Shown: positions 39,639-52,895 of the stretch, in pieces
How positions within the stretch are numbered: the stretch's first letter is position 1
How the letters are laid out: each line of letters begins with the position of its first letter
From: Eledone cirrhosa
Taxonomy: Eukaryota
Assembly: GCA_964016885.1 (NCBI GenBank)
Contig: OZ024741.1
Span: 158,472,001-158,536,000 of the forward strand
Direction of reading: 5' to 3'
Length of the DNA stretch: 64,000 nucleotides
Notes under the pieces: model-generated
What the model saw: only the letters and a program-made list of their open reading frames with translations
Told to the model about the DNA's origin: nothing
The model's database searches: none
Position numbers and translations under genes: made by a program

Positions 39639-39848
39639 GTGGATTGGCAGTATCGGTAGAGGATCGGACGCCATGCTTTGCAGCATAGAGTTACGCCCCT
39701 TTACGGTCTGGGTACAAATCCCGCCAAGGTTAACTTTGCCTTTCATCCTTACGGGGCCGATAAAATAAAGTAGCAGTAACGTACTGGCGTCGATTTAATT
39801 GCTTTCCCCTCACCCCAAATCACTGGCTTTGTGCCTATACTAGAAATC
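39639..39848 (+). mobile_element. SINE family A, full length
   Basis: A-box TGGCAGTATCGG, B-box-like GGTACAAATCC, central motif. Confidence 0.85.
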
Positions 39849-39910
<62 letters not shown>

Positions 39911-40219
39911 CATGTGTGTGTGTATATTACTCTATATATAAATTTCTATCCATCACCGGCCGGACTACTATTAGGAGTTGTGCTTTGTTGTTGTTGTCAT
40001 TCTTGACCGAAGATCGATACATTGGTAAATATACATAAACAGATACCTATAGGCCGACAGTCAGTGTGATAGATGGAGAGTTCGGTAGGTAGATACATAG
40101 ACAGTAGGTAAATAAATATACAGATAAAAAATATATAGATAAGTAGGTAGATAGACAGTTATGTACGTAGATACTTGAGATAGATAGTTAAGCTGGTAGA
40201 TAGAAAGATAGATATATAA

Positions 40220-40258
<39 letters not shown>

Positions 40259-40259
40259 T

Positions 40260-40297
<38 letters not shown>

Positions 40298-40306
40298 GGA
40301 TGGATG

Positions 40307-40365
<59 letters not shown>

Positions 40366-40454
40366 GGAATGATAGATAGACAGACTGACAAACAGACAGT
40401 TGTATTTTCTTCTACACACACGCATACACGCACGCACGCACGCACGCACGCACA

Positions 40455-40485
<31 letters not shown>

Positions 40486-40683
40486 CTTGAGACTGTTATA
40501 TATGTGTTGATTGTTACTGTCATCAAACTGATGGTGGTGTAGAAGTGAAACAGTAAAGCCATGTCGTTGAAGATAAGTTGGAAGCCCCTTGTTAGTGAGG
40601 CTGTCAATTTTCATTTGGTGAATAGTTATTTGTATCGTGACTATCTTAATGACATTGCGGTGACTGAAGTGGAACAGAAAGCC

Positions 40684-40975
<292 letters not shown>

Positions 40976-41132
40976 AGCTCTGATACTGAATCAATCTAAT
41001 CCATTCGGATTATTTTGTCCCAGTTATTCATAGAGCAACAACGGTTAAGGTTGGCACCACACAAATTCAGGGATATATGTGGATATATTCATGTATATGT
41101 ATGTGTTCGCATGTATCTGTGTATTTCTTTAT

Positions 41133-41191
<59 letters not shown>

Positions 41192-41279
41192 TGGCGGACT
41201 GGGTCTAAAAATATTGTTTGCCAGGAGATGAAGGGGTCCACCTACATATAGAATGCTATCATTTAATTTTTATAATGAA

Positions 41280-42508
41280 CTAGCATTAAAGCCCGGCGTT
41301 GCTCGGGGTCAGTAAGTTACCAAAGTTAGGTTGCACCACCCATTTTATGGCAGCACTTTTTTGTCTGCCAGGCACTGGGTGAATAAATTGCAGACCTGGA
41401 CTGCCGAAGCAGGAGTTGCGCCACCAGTGACAATTGTAGTTTCGCCTATGGATATTATCCCTGTGCAAAGAAATGTTGAAATTTATTGTTTCACAGTACT
41501 TGCGCAACACGCGCGTAGACGATGCCAGCCGAACAACAGAGCTGCGATGGAGTTGTTCTGCATGGTTGTCTAATGTGTGTTTTCTAAATTTAAGACAGTA
41601 GGGAGGGGTGTGATATGGGGGAGAGTTACCTGCTGTTGCTAGCAGGTTTAGTGACCTCATAGAGGATATGTGTTTTCTAAATTTAAGACAGTAGGGAGTG
41701 GTGTGATATGGGGGAGAGTTAGCTGCTGTTTCTAGCAGGTTTAGTAACCTCATAGAGGATATGTTTTCTAAATTTAAGACAGTAGGGAGTGGTGTGATTT
41801 GGGGGAGAGTTAGCTGCTGTTTCTAGCAGATTTAGCGACCTCATAGAGGATATGTTTTCTAAATTTAAGACAATAGGGAGGGGTATGATATGGGGGAGAG
41901 TTAGCTGCTGTTTCTAGCAGGTTTAGTGACCTTATAGAGGATATTATTGTGTATAGTAAATACACTGATACTTCTTTCTTCCACGTTCGTTGAGAGGTTT
42001 TAAAAAAGATTTATTGCTATTTTTTGTTGTTGAATAAATTTATCTGTTACTTTTGAATAATTGTTGTTTCGTATGAAATGTAATAAGTTCTCTTTGTCAT
42101 TGAAGTAAATAAATGTTTGACCGTTCCACACTCAAAAACAAACGTTCTCTCTCTCTCCCTCTCACTCTCTTCTCTCTCTCTCTTCGGCGTTCCTAAAGGA
42201 AGTTTGTAAGTTTAATCGTATATAAGAGAAAGTTGCAGCATGTATGTAGTTTTATCGAATTTTAAGGGGAGTAGAAAGAGAGAAAATCAGATTGTATTAG
42301 AGGGGTAAAGCGTCATATATTTAGTTTTATCGATTATTTCCGTAATTATGTGTGAGTTTGAATGAAATAAATAGTCGTTGACCTAAGTTAGACCATTTAC
42401 AACATTCTTACAGACTTTGAGTCGAATCAGTTTGAAATTGTGCAAATGTATAAACATGGAACATGCACACACACACAACAACAACAATCTGCCTTTTATA
42501 GATAATGA
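41280..42508 (-). mobile_element. Non-autonomous Helitron
   Basis: Minus strand starts TC, ends with hairpin CCCGAGCAACGCCGGG then CTAG; inserted at A/T with no TSD; empty site in the paralogue near 43230. Confidence 0.9.
41575..41945. repeat. 91-93-bp tandem repeat, 4 copies, inside the Helitron
   Basis: ttttctaaatttaagaca at 41580, 41673, 41764, 41855. Confidence 0.95.
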
Positions 42509-42971
42509 TAAATACCATTTTCGAAAAATACTTAAGTGGAAACAAAACAGTGCAATCAAATTTTTGCGGAAAAATATCTTAACTTCTCCAATAAAAAATA
42601 TGTATTTTGCGAAATCTAGGGACTTTCAATAATGACCAGAAGTCGACCCTAAATATTACTAATAGCTCTATGAAAGCCATGAACGACACCACATCTTTTC
42701 AACTTTGATTTTGAAAGTAGGTTTATAATTATCAATTTTCATTATACTTTTGTAGCTGTCACAGTGCCCTAATTGGAAGAATCATAGACGGTGGTGATCG
42801 TAGTCGGGAGTAGGGTTCCCAGTAAACCTTTTCAGTTTTTTTCTATTGGTTGTAAAATAAAAACTGAAAAAGGTTACTTGTACCTCTTGAACAGGATTGA
42901 ACCCAAGGTCAGGATCTCCACCGTCTCTAGTACCTACCGCTGTAATCCATGGTTCATTTCTCTTGCACCCC

Positions 42972-43005
<34 letters not shown>

Positions 43006-43088
43006 GTGATATTTGAATCTACTATGATTTGGGTTACCTTATTCCTATATGTATGTCTTTGCATGTCAGATTCAAACTTACAATGATT

Positions 43089-43145
<57 letters not shown>

Positions 43146-43388
43146 TGGCGGACTAGGTCTAAAAATATTAGTTGCCAGATGAAGGGAGTCCACCTACATT
43201 TAGAATGCTATCATTTACTTTTTATAATGAATAAATAACATTTTTTAAAAATACATAAGTGGAAACAAAACAGCGCAATCAAATTTTTGCGGAAAAATAT
43301 CTTACCTTCTCCAAATAAAAAAAATATTATGTATTTTGCGAAATCCAGAGACTTTCAATAATGGTCTTTGGTCTTTCACACTCACTCA

Positions 43389-43478
<90 letters not shown>

Positions 43479-43495
43479 CTCTCCCTATCTCCCTC

Positions 43496-43602
<107 letters not shown>

Positions 43603-43603
43603 G

Positions 43604-44254
43604 AGAAGAAAGAAATACTGCGTGGTTGCATATGGGTTACATATTATAAAATGAGTCCCTCGTCAGTAATTGGCCAACCATCATTGGTATTTCATCGCAT
43701 TAAAAATCATATACCTCAGGTTGGTGCGAGCAATAACTAAAAAAAGCTATTGGGACAAGTGAGTCGCGTAAAGCGAGTGAGACAAGTAAACAATATAGAA
43801 GGATAAAGGCAAATTGAAGATAGGAAAAAAAACAAGCAACGTGGTTATCCGGTCAGCATAATCTGGGTGAATTTCATGAGCGTTCAGAATACAGACCGTC
43901 CGACGTGAGTAAGATGTGAGAAAGAAGGAAAGAACCCCACTACCAACGAAACGGGAGGAAGTGAGAAGGGGAGAAACAGAGAGTGAGTGAGTGGAAGTGT
44001 GAGGAAGAGGTCAGTCGAGAGAAAGTGTAACTGACAGAGGGGGCGAAAGAAGGTGAGAGAAACAGAGAGAACGAGGGAGCAGTGAGAGAGAAAGAGAGAA
44101 ACAGACAACGCAGCCGAGGTAAATATGTATAAAAAACATTAGAAGAAAGAAATACTGCGTGGTTGCACATGGGTTACATATTATAAAATTAGTCCCTCGT
44201 CAGTGATTTGCCAACCAGCATTGGTATTTCATCGCATTAAAAATCATATACCTC

Positions 44255-44256
<2 letters not shown>
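43604..44256. repeat. 116-bp direct repeats (43604-43719, 44141-44256); third inverted copy at about 50088-50199
   Basis: Direct sequence match; both outer ends abut (TA)n. Confidence 0.9.
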
Positions 44257-44304
<48 letters not shown>

Positions 44305-44666
44305 TTGTATGTCTGTGTCTATATATGTATGTTTGCATGCATGAATAAATACACTAAGCTTTAGATTTAGTAGAATGTACAACCACTGATTCCAGTTATT
44401 TGTACTATCGTATATTTTGGTTTCTAGTAATTCCGTGGGGAATTGGTTGACCAAATGCTTTGCTTAATTGTTTTATTTATTTTAAAAAAAACTTTATTCT
44501 TTCTCTTAGATTTCAGTTATTTTTTTAAAGCAAAGCATTGGCCCCTAAAATACTACAGTCTGCCCTGCAAAGCTACTGTGGGCTCATGCAATGCTCCCGT
44601 TGTCCCTCTGGGACCCACTTTCCATTCGGCAGCCTGGTAATCTGGCCAGTCCGCCACTGTATATAT

Positions 44667-46600
44667 ATATATATATATGTTAAAGCAGAACAGAAAAACA
44701 ATAACGGAGAGTGCAGTAAAAAGTGTTAGTATTAGGCTCACGCTTGAGAGTGGGGGTGGGGGACTACGTTTCGGGCATAAGCCCTTCATCAGGAGAAAAG
44801 TGGGAAGGAAAAGAGTTCCGAGGGTGGGGGGGGGAAGACATTTAAAAAGGGGGGATTAAAGGGAAGGAAGACAAATTAAAAAGGGGGTAAAAAATTAAAA
44901 TGAGACAAGTGGTGAAAGGGTGTGAGGCGTGTGGGGTGGGGGTGGATGGAGGAGAGGGGAAAGGAAAACAGGGGTTTCGAGCGGGGAGGGCGGAAGGTGG
45001 TATGTGTGTAGTGTACGTGTGTGTGTGGATGTGAGTGTGAGAGTTTGGGGAAGAACGAGGTTCCACGTTCCGGTAATAGGAAAACCAGTGTGTACATGGA
45101 GTGGGGTTTAAGTCAGTGCATGTGGATGGAGAGGGGTCAGAGGGGTGGGGGAGATGGGGGTTCGGAGTCCGAAGGCCGAGTATGTGTATGTGAAGATACG
45201 CACATGTGTATGTGTGTGTTTTTGTGTGGGGTGGATACATGGGAACGTATGGTTCCATGTGTGCGAAACTAGTGTAAGTGTTTGTGTGTGTGTGTTCCGG
45301 AATGTTTTCCCGCAAAGTATAGGAAGAGATGGTGAAAAATCCGAGTATAACAGGGTGGATGTCTGGAGCGGTGTGACCAGTGGTGTAGAATTCGTGGATT
45401 GGTGCGGAGGAAGTAGAGAGTTGTGGGGTGCGCGCGCAAGAGGAAGTGGTCAAAAGGGTCAAGGCAGGGCGAAGGATGCGGGAGAGAGGAGATAGCATAA
45501 GGAGGGTGACAGACAGGCAGTAGTAGGGATGAAGGCAGTTAGGAGGATGGCAGACGGACGAGTATTAGGGATGGTCTGTATGTGTTGCGGAGGTGCGGTA
45601 GCCAGAGGAGGGGATGGGTATGTGTGAAAGGTTGAGGGAGAGAGTGGCGGTGTGTGTGGAGGTGTTGGTAGTGTGTGGGGAGAGAGAGAGAGAAGGTGCT
45701 GGGAACAGTATGAGTGAGTGTAATGTACTGGTGCGTGTGTGTGTGCGCGTGTTTGGGTATGAGTGAGTGTGTGAGTGGTAGAGTGGGTGTTAGTATTATT
45801 AGTGGTGAGGGGTTGAATGCGGGTATGAAAGTGGGGGTTAGTGGTGGTATGTGGTGTGGAGTGGGTGGTGTATCTGTGTGTACGTAGGTGGTGGTAGTAG
45901 GGAGTGTGAATAGTGTGAGTGAGTGGATATATGTACTGGTGGGTGTGTGCGTGTTAAGGGTGTGGGTGCGCGTTTGATAGGGGGATGGGTGGGGGTGTTA
46001 GTATTATTAGTATTGGGGTGGGCCAAGGGGTGGGATGCCTGGTAGTGGAGGAGACGGTGAATCTTGGGAGTGTTTTAGTGGCGTTATTAGGGAGGGTGTA
46101 GGGAAAGGGACGATAGAAGACTAAAGGAAGAGGGTGGGGAGTTCAGGCCGCCGGGTGTGTGGGTCTGTAGGGTGAAGATGGTGTGTTGCTCGACCCTAAG
46201 GCGGGTTGCGGGGTCCCATGGCATTCGATCAGGCCACAGACGGTGAGGTGGTGGGCGGAGTGTCCAGGGGAACCAAAGTGGCGGGCGATGGGGGAACTCC
46301 CGCCGAGACGAATATCTCAGAGGTGCTCCGTGAACCGATTCGCCAGGCGACGCCCGGTCTGTCCGGCATAAGTTGCGCTGTACTCCGTGCAGAGAAGTCC
46401 GTAGTCGACGTGGAGGAGGTGCAGCGGAAGGCGTGCCGGACAGAGAGAGAGTGGCCGTTTGGGACCCTGGAAGGTGGTGGTGTTGGTGATGTGTTACTTT
46501 TCTACATTCGATATATATATATAGTGAAAATTGGAACGGGAACAAAAACAGAGAGGCAGTACAAACAAAGGTTTATTAGTTTCACGCTCTTGAGAGTGTG
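44667..46600 (-). mobile_element. Penelope-like element 3' part: GIY-YIG remnant (about 46110-46490), long low-complexity 3' UTR, HHR core at 44761-44795
   Basis: VDYGLLCTEYSATYAGQTGRRLANRFTEHLRDI..PIARHF..PGHS and EQHTIFTLQTHTPGGLN; CTGATGA-AGGGC ttat GCCC-GAAA-CGTAG-TC with no clear stem I. Confidence 0.8.
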
Positions 46601-46627
46601 TGTGTGTGTGGGGGGGGGGTGATATAT

Positions 46628-46723
<96 letters not shown>

Positions 46724-46763
46724 TTCAAAGTATTAACAAAATAGATATTCTTGTGATCAAGTA

Positions 46764-46830
46764 TATTTTATTATACATATTTCAGAGGTACTGAGTTAAG
46801 TTCAACAGTACGTCCTCATCAGATAAAATA
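46764..46830 (-). ncRNA. Type I hammerhead ribozyme candidate (same family as 5644)
   Basis: Minus strand TATTTTAT-CTGATGA-GGA cGTACTG...CAGTACc TCT-GAAA-TATGTA-TA^ATAAAATA. Confidence 0.85.
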
Positions 46831-47913
46831 AGATGATGCATGACATACCCTGACATATTAGATGGTTAAGATTCAGTCATGGTAGTGATTAACATATGAC
46901 AAAACTAAATATTTATACCCTAATATTGAGAACATGAGTAAAATATATAATACAAACAATAGAGAGGGTGCGTGTAATACAGCTTAAAAAATACATGGCA
47001 TCAATATAACAGTTAAAAAATATTTTTAAATTTGAAACTACTGAAGAAAGAGGAAAGAAAGGAAAGCATAGAGGAAGAAACAGCTGATGTGATAATATAT
47101 TTAGTAGGTGCCTCGAAAAACAAATGAAAGATGATTAAAGAGAGAGAGAGACAAAGGGGAGTAATTTATGTTCAAGTTTATAGACAATTATCTATATATG
47201 CAATATATATCCAAACTTATTTAGTTGACTGTTAATATTCAAAATATTTAATTTAAGTTATTTCAGAGTAATGAGTAATATTTTAGGTTTTAAAAGTTAA
47301 TAGGTATCTGTATTAATATTATATTATACTATCAAGTTTAATTTCTAAAATTCAAATTTTATGAAAACAAATTTAAAGGATTTACGAAACACGAGAAAGA
47401 AAATATATAATGCTTTTATACCCTCACGAAGGTAATCTTTACCAAAATTATTTATAATATTGACAAGAATTTATATAATATAATTTATAAAATAATTATA
47501 GTTATAATTATTAAAGAATTTATGATTAAACAGTTTGAGTGCCTAAAGGATCAACCGGCCTTATAACTAAACTTAAAGAAGTCTGAATTTTTAATTATAT
47601 ATATGTGTTAATCAAAAAATACACAAGGATTATAATGTCTAAAGACTTAAGGTGATACTTTTCAAATATATATAACATAATACAATAATTCAATATAGTA
47701 AATAAGTTACTGAAAATATTGTTAAAAAATATATATTGTTAGAATATATTGTTAAAAAATTAATGTTTTATATCAATTATTTTCATTTAGTTGATATATA
47801 CTATAAATATATAAGTCAAAACTCTCTCGATATGCAAATTAGGCTGCTCAGCCGTTAATATGCATAAGGAAAGTATATACTTTCAGACGTTCAATCATCT
47901 AGCAGGAAGGTAT

Positions 47914-47956
47914 ACGTTGCTGACGATAGCTAATAAGCTTGAAACTAGTACAGCGT
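47914..47956 (+). ncRNA. Hammerhead candidate, unit 1
   Basis: ACGTTG-CTGACGA-tAGCT aata AGCTt-GAAA-CTAG-TA^CAGCGT; predicted cut after 47950. Confidence 0.8.
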
Positions 47957-48344
47957 TCCTTTGTCAGTGTTGAACAAATGAGCAACGATGGTTGCTAGAC
48001 ACTGTACGGCTTAATTCGGGATGTTTGTTTACAAACACACCGAGCATTATAATAAATGTTCAGTGAATCCATACGTACATATATATATGTGTGCATGTAT
48101 GTATATATATATATATACATACTACTGTACGTCTGTATACATATATGTATGTACGTATACATACTTATATTTAAGTAACAGCCGTACTAAGAGTGAGAAA
48201 TGAAATTTCGTTTCATTTTTTCCGTTTATCTTTTCGGTACCCCGGCCGATTAACTCACTCGATATGCAAATTAGGCTGCTCAGCCGTTAATATGCATAAG
48301 GAAAGTATATACTTTCAGACGTTCAATCATCTGGCAGGAAGGTA

Positions 48345-48389
48345 AACGTTGCTGACGATAGCTAATAAGCTTGAAACTAGTACAGCGTT
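48345..48389 (+). ncRNA. Hammerhead candidate, unit 2
   Basis: Identical core to unit 1; predicted cut after 48382. Confidence 0.8.
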
Positions 48390-48676
48390 CCTTTGTCAGT
48401 GTTGAACAAATGAGCAACGATGGTTGCTAGACACTGTACGGCTTAATTCGGGATGTTTGTTTACAAACACACTGAGCATTATAATAAATGTTCGGTGAAT
48501 CCATACGTACATATATATATGTGTGCTACTATGTATATATATATATATATACATACTACTGTACGTCTGTATACATATATGTATGTACGTATACATACTT
48601 ATATATATATATAAATATAAATTCAGCGAGAATCGCATTTCGGCGGGTAGAAAAAGCGAAACGTAACGCAAATTCA

Positions 48677-48712
<36 letters not shown>

Positions 48713-48721
48713 GTATGCTTA

Positions 48722-48801
<80 letters not shown>

Positions 48802-48844
48802 CATACATACACACACACATATATACATATATATATATACAGTA

Positions 48845-48885
<41 letters not shown>

Positions 48886-48900
48886 CGAATGTTGATATAA

Positions 48901-49092
48901 ATATATAAACAAATAGTAGAAAGGAAAAAGATTCTTTCAGTAGAAAATGGTGAAGAGATTTTTTCAGTGGGATATCAAAACATTAATTTATGTAAATTAT
49001 GTAAATTAATGTTTTGCTATCTCACTGAAAAAAATCTCTTCAACATTTTCTACTGAAAGAATCTTTTTCCTTTCTACTATTTGTTTATATAT
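48901..49092. repeat. Near-perfect foldback palindrome, arms about 90 bp
   Basis: atatataaacaaatagtagaaagg... / ...cctttctactatttgtttatatat. Confidence 0.95.
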
Positions 49093-49464
49093 GTGGCTGT
49101 CACTGAAATATATATAGCAGTATATCTATAATTTATAATAAACGAAGCCACATTTTACATATTTGACTTAATTATTTCATATATATATATGAAGGTAGAT
49201 AAGGTTTTGTTTATGTATATCAGAAATGAATGCTTAAACAAGAAATTACTGAATTGTACCACGTAGTGAATAGTTGAATTCCACAACTCTATAGGCTTTC
49301 TGATGAAGTGTAATAAATAATTAAGTATTGCATATGATTGAACAATATATATTGTAGTCACCATATGTAGACAATCTATAATAGACACGGAAACTTATGT
49401 CAAAGCAAATAAATTCATAATCTCTTCATACCGACGTCTTATTTTTCTTGGTGCAATATTTACT

Positions 49465-49564
<100 letters not shown>

Positions 49565-49860
49565 TGTATGTGTGCTTCTAGGTAACGCTCTTGATGTCGT
49601 CCTTCACTAGAAATAGTGAGGATCCCGATACATATATTAGACGGTTGGTTTAGGCAACCAACTGTGGATCTCGAGATGTATAGATAAAACCATGGCTAGG
49701 AATAGGATATTAAACGCTTTCTCTAAATATTTTCTTATTCTAGCCTTCATGCATACCTATGTGTGTGTGTGTGTAGTATGTATGTATGTATGTATGTATG
49801 TATGTATGTATGTATGTATGTATGTATGTATGTATGTATGTATGTATGTATGTATGTATC

Positions 49861-49931
<71 letters not shown>

Positions 49932-50206
49932 GCAAAAATTTCAGTAAATCCGAAGAAAACTTGCAGGGGTACCAAAGTCAGCACGCGATGTTAGAGGAGT
50001 GTGTGTGTGTATGTGTGCGTGTGTGTGTATATATATATATATATATATTTGTCCTAATAACTTATTTTAGTTGTTATCGCTCCAACGTGAGGTATATGAT
50101 TTTTAATGCGATGAAATACCCATGATCCTTTGGTAAATCACTGATGAGGGACTCATTTTATAACATGTTATCCATGTGCAACCAGCAGTATTCTTCTCAC
50201 CCATAT

Positions 50207-50243
<37 letters not shown>

Positions 50244-50252
<9 letters not shown>

Positions 50253-51533
50253 ATACTTTGGGAGGGTCATGTTGCCAATAAGAAACACACGCACCAGTTG
50301 CTTTCACTTCAATTTATTATAATAAATTTATAAATTTAGGAATTTATAAATTTCTGGTTGGTTGGTTGGTTCCACAACCAGATAGTTGTTTATATATTGT
50401 ATGCAGTTCTCTGGTTACAATCAGAGAGATAAAATCAGAGTGTATAGAGGAGCCAGAACCAAATGGGAAAAAATGGTAAATAATGACGCAAATGGGACCT
50501 GCCCCTTGTATAGGAGCACATTTTGGAATAGAATAGAAAGAACTAGGAATAAGACTAATAGAATAAACTCATGGTATGATAGCAATAAATACCAGAGTGT
50601 AATGTTCATCGATACAACCCCTAGAGGTGAATTAGCTTACAAATTTAGAAGGGCCCTAGATAAACATAAACTCAATATTAAGATAGTAGAAAGACCAGGT
50701 ACCTCCGTAAAAACACTTATTAGCAAGACATACCCTTTTCAAAGAGCCCCCTGTATAGATAAGAAATGTATAACCTGTAAAATAAGCCCCCATATTAACT
50801 GTAAAACTAGAAATGTAGTGTATAGCATAAGATGTACTGAAGGACAATGTAGAGTCAAAAATATAGTGTACATAGGTGAGACAGCTCGTAGTGTAGGGGA
50901 ACGGATAAATGAACACTGGCGAGACCTTCAAGATAGTAAAGAATCATCTGTACTCTACCAACATGCTAAAATAGAACATAATGGTAAATTAGAGAACATA
51001 GAAATAAAAATAGAATCTACACACAGAAAAGACGCAATGTTTAGACAAATCACAGAGGCAATAAACATAAAAGAATTACAACCAAAATTAAATAGAAAAT
51101 ATGAGTGGAACAGCAACATCACAAATTACAATTAAGGACAAAATGAAAACACACACGCACATAGAACAAACAACCAACCGGTAACATGTAAATAAACAAA
51201 TAAATAAACGTATATAAACACACGCCGACACCCGGATGTGGCGCATGCGCAGACTGAGCACACAACACACACACAGAAACAAAATGGCGTAGGACAGAAC
51301 AAAGGAGAGGCACAAAAACAAAGAAAAGAATCCCAAGTCACTGAAGAGGTCACAGAATGTGTGACGAAAGAACTTTGACAATATATAAACAACTATCTGG
51401 TTGTGGAACCAACCAACCAACCAGAAATTTATAAATTCCTAAATTTATAAATTTATTATAATAAATTGAAGTGAAAGCAACTGGTGCGTGTGTTTCTTAT
51501 TGGCAACATGGCCCTCCCAAAGTATAACAATAT
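50244..51533 (+). mobile_element. Penelope-like element, 5'-truncated, with inverted terminal repeat; open GIY-YIG ORF at 50386-51135
   Basis: C....CITC......CKTRNVVYSIRC...YIGETARSVGERINEH...LYQH...EAINI..LN; IR arms 50244-50400 / 51378-51533. Confidence 0.92.
51337..51379 (+). ncRNA. Hammerhead candidate in the PLE terminal repeat
   Basis: GTCA-CTGAAGA-gGTCAC agaatgt GTGAC-GAAA-GAAC-TT^TGAC; predicted cut after 51375. Confidence 0.75.
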
Positions 51534-51633
51534 CCGTTTCAACACACGTTTTCAGATAAAGAATCTTGCTAAACAAATTCAGAAACGAAATATATATATA
51601 TATATAATTTGGAAACTCTGCTTCGTAGAATCG

Positions 51634-51732
51634 AGACGTATCTGACGACCTTACGATTTCAGAGAGTCAAGTTCGATCATTACATCGATCGTGCCTCGAG
51701 CTGGTCGCCAGAGAAACGATTGTAATATGTCT
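51634..51732 (+). ncRNA. Hammerhead candidate with long irregular stem II
   Basis: AGACGTAT-CTGACGA-[64 nt]-GAAA-CGATTG-TA^ATATGTCT; 8-bp stem I and quasi-palindromic stem III; base of stem II mismatched. Confidence 0.65.
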
Positions 51733-51848
51733 AATACATTTTATTCGTCGCAACACTGATTCTCAATTTCTTTTGTACGTATATTTGCTTGTATATGTTA
51801 TAGGTGTATATATTATATTATATTATATATACTGGTACATGTGCATAT

Positions 51849-51895
<47 letters not shown>

Positions 51896-51902
<7 letters not shown>

Positions 51903-52006
51903 TAAAACATGTCTATAGAATCACCAGATAAAATAATGCCATTTCCTCTCCCAAGGAAATGCTATATATTTTATCTGGTGATTCTATAGACATGTTTTAT
52001 GATATA
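51896..52006. repeat. Foldback hairpin, arms about 40 bp
   Basis: atatcataaaacatgtctatagaatcaccagataaaata / tattttatctggtgattctatagacatgttttatgatat. Confidence 0.9.
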
Positions 52007-52152
52007 TAGCTCTGATTATTTAATTTATTAACTTTTCATTTAGCCACAAAGTGACCCGTTGCAAAACACGTATATGTATGTATGTGTATATATATATATA
52101 TATGTGTAAACCTTTATATATATATATATATATATACATAGATACAAACATA

Positions 52153-52485
52153 AAGATGCATGGTTTAATGGTTAGAGGGTTGGGGTTGCAATCATGTGAG
52201 TTCGATTATCGGACTGGGTGATGCATTGTGTCCTTGAGCAAAACACTTTATTTCATGTTGCTCCAGTTCACTCAGCTGCAGATGTCAGTTGCGACGTCAC
52301 TGGTGCCGAGTTGTACCGGCCATTGCCTTTCCCTTCGAAATATTTGGTGTGGAGAGGGCAGACTGGTATGCATGGGCAACTGCTGCTCTTCCATAAACAA
52401 CCTCGCCCGAACTTGTGCCTTGGAGAGGGAACTTTCTAGGTGCAAATCCCATGGTCATTCATGACCGAAGGGGGTCTTTTACCCT
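52153..52485 (+). mobile_element. CORE-type SINE (family C)
   Basis: TGGTTTAATGG, GAGTTCGATT, gtgtccttgagcaaaacactttatttc. Confidence 0.75.
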
Positions 52486-52585
52486 TGCAGGAACTAGCTG
52501 TTGAAACGGCAAGAGTTGGGTCGTCGGGTCCAGTCTCTTTATAATATAGCCATAATCTACTACTGTTTAAAAACTCCCCCCCCCC

Positions 52586-52641
<56 letters not shown>

Positions 52642-52789
52642 TATCATATATATATATAATATCATATATATATAATATAATATATATATATCATATATAT
52701 ATATATATATAATATCATATATATAAGTATATCTGATATTATATATGTATTTGTATATGAATTTATGTATGTATGAATCTCTCCTCTCC

Positions 52790-52895
<106 letters not shown>

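Larger units (their letters stand above)
47826..48602 (+). repeat. Tandem duplication, period 432 bp, each unit carrying a hammerhead
   Basis: ctcgatatgcaaattaggc... at about 47826 and 48258; near-identical over about 340 bp. Confidence 0.95.

Noticed and set aside
50095-50155. Twister-like ribozyme (UAA...GAGGG)
   Set aside because: The pseudoknot pairing is not conserved in the two paralogues at 43604 and 44141
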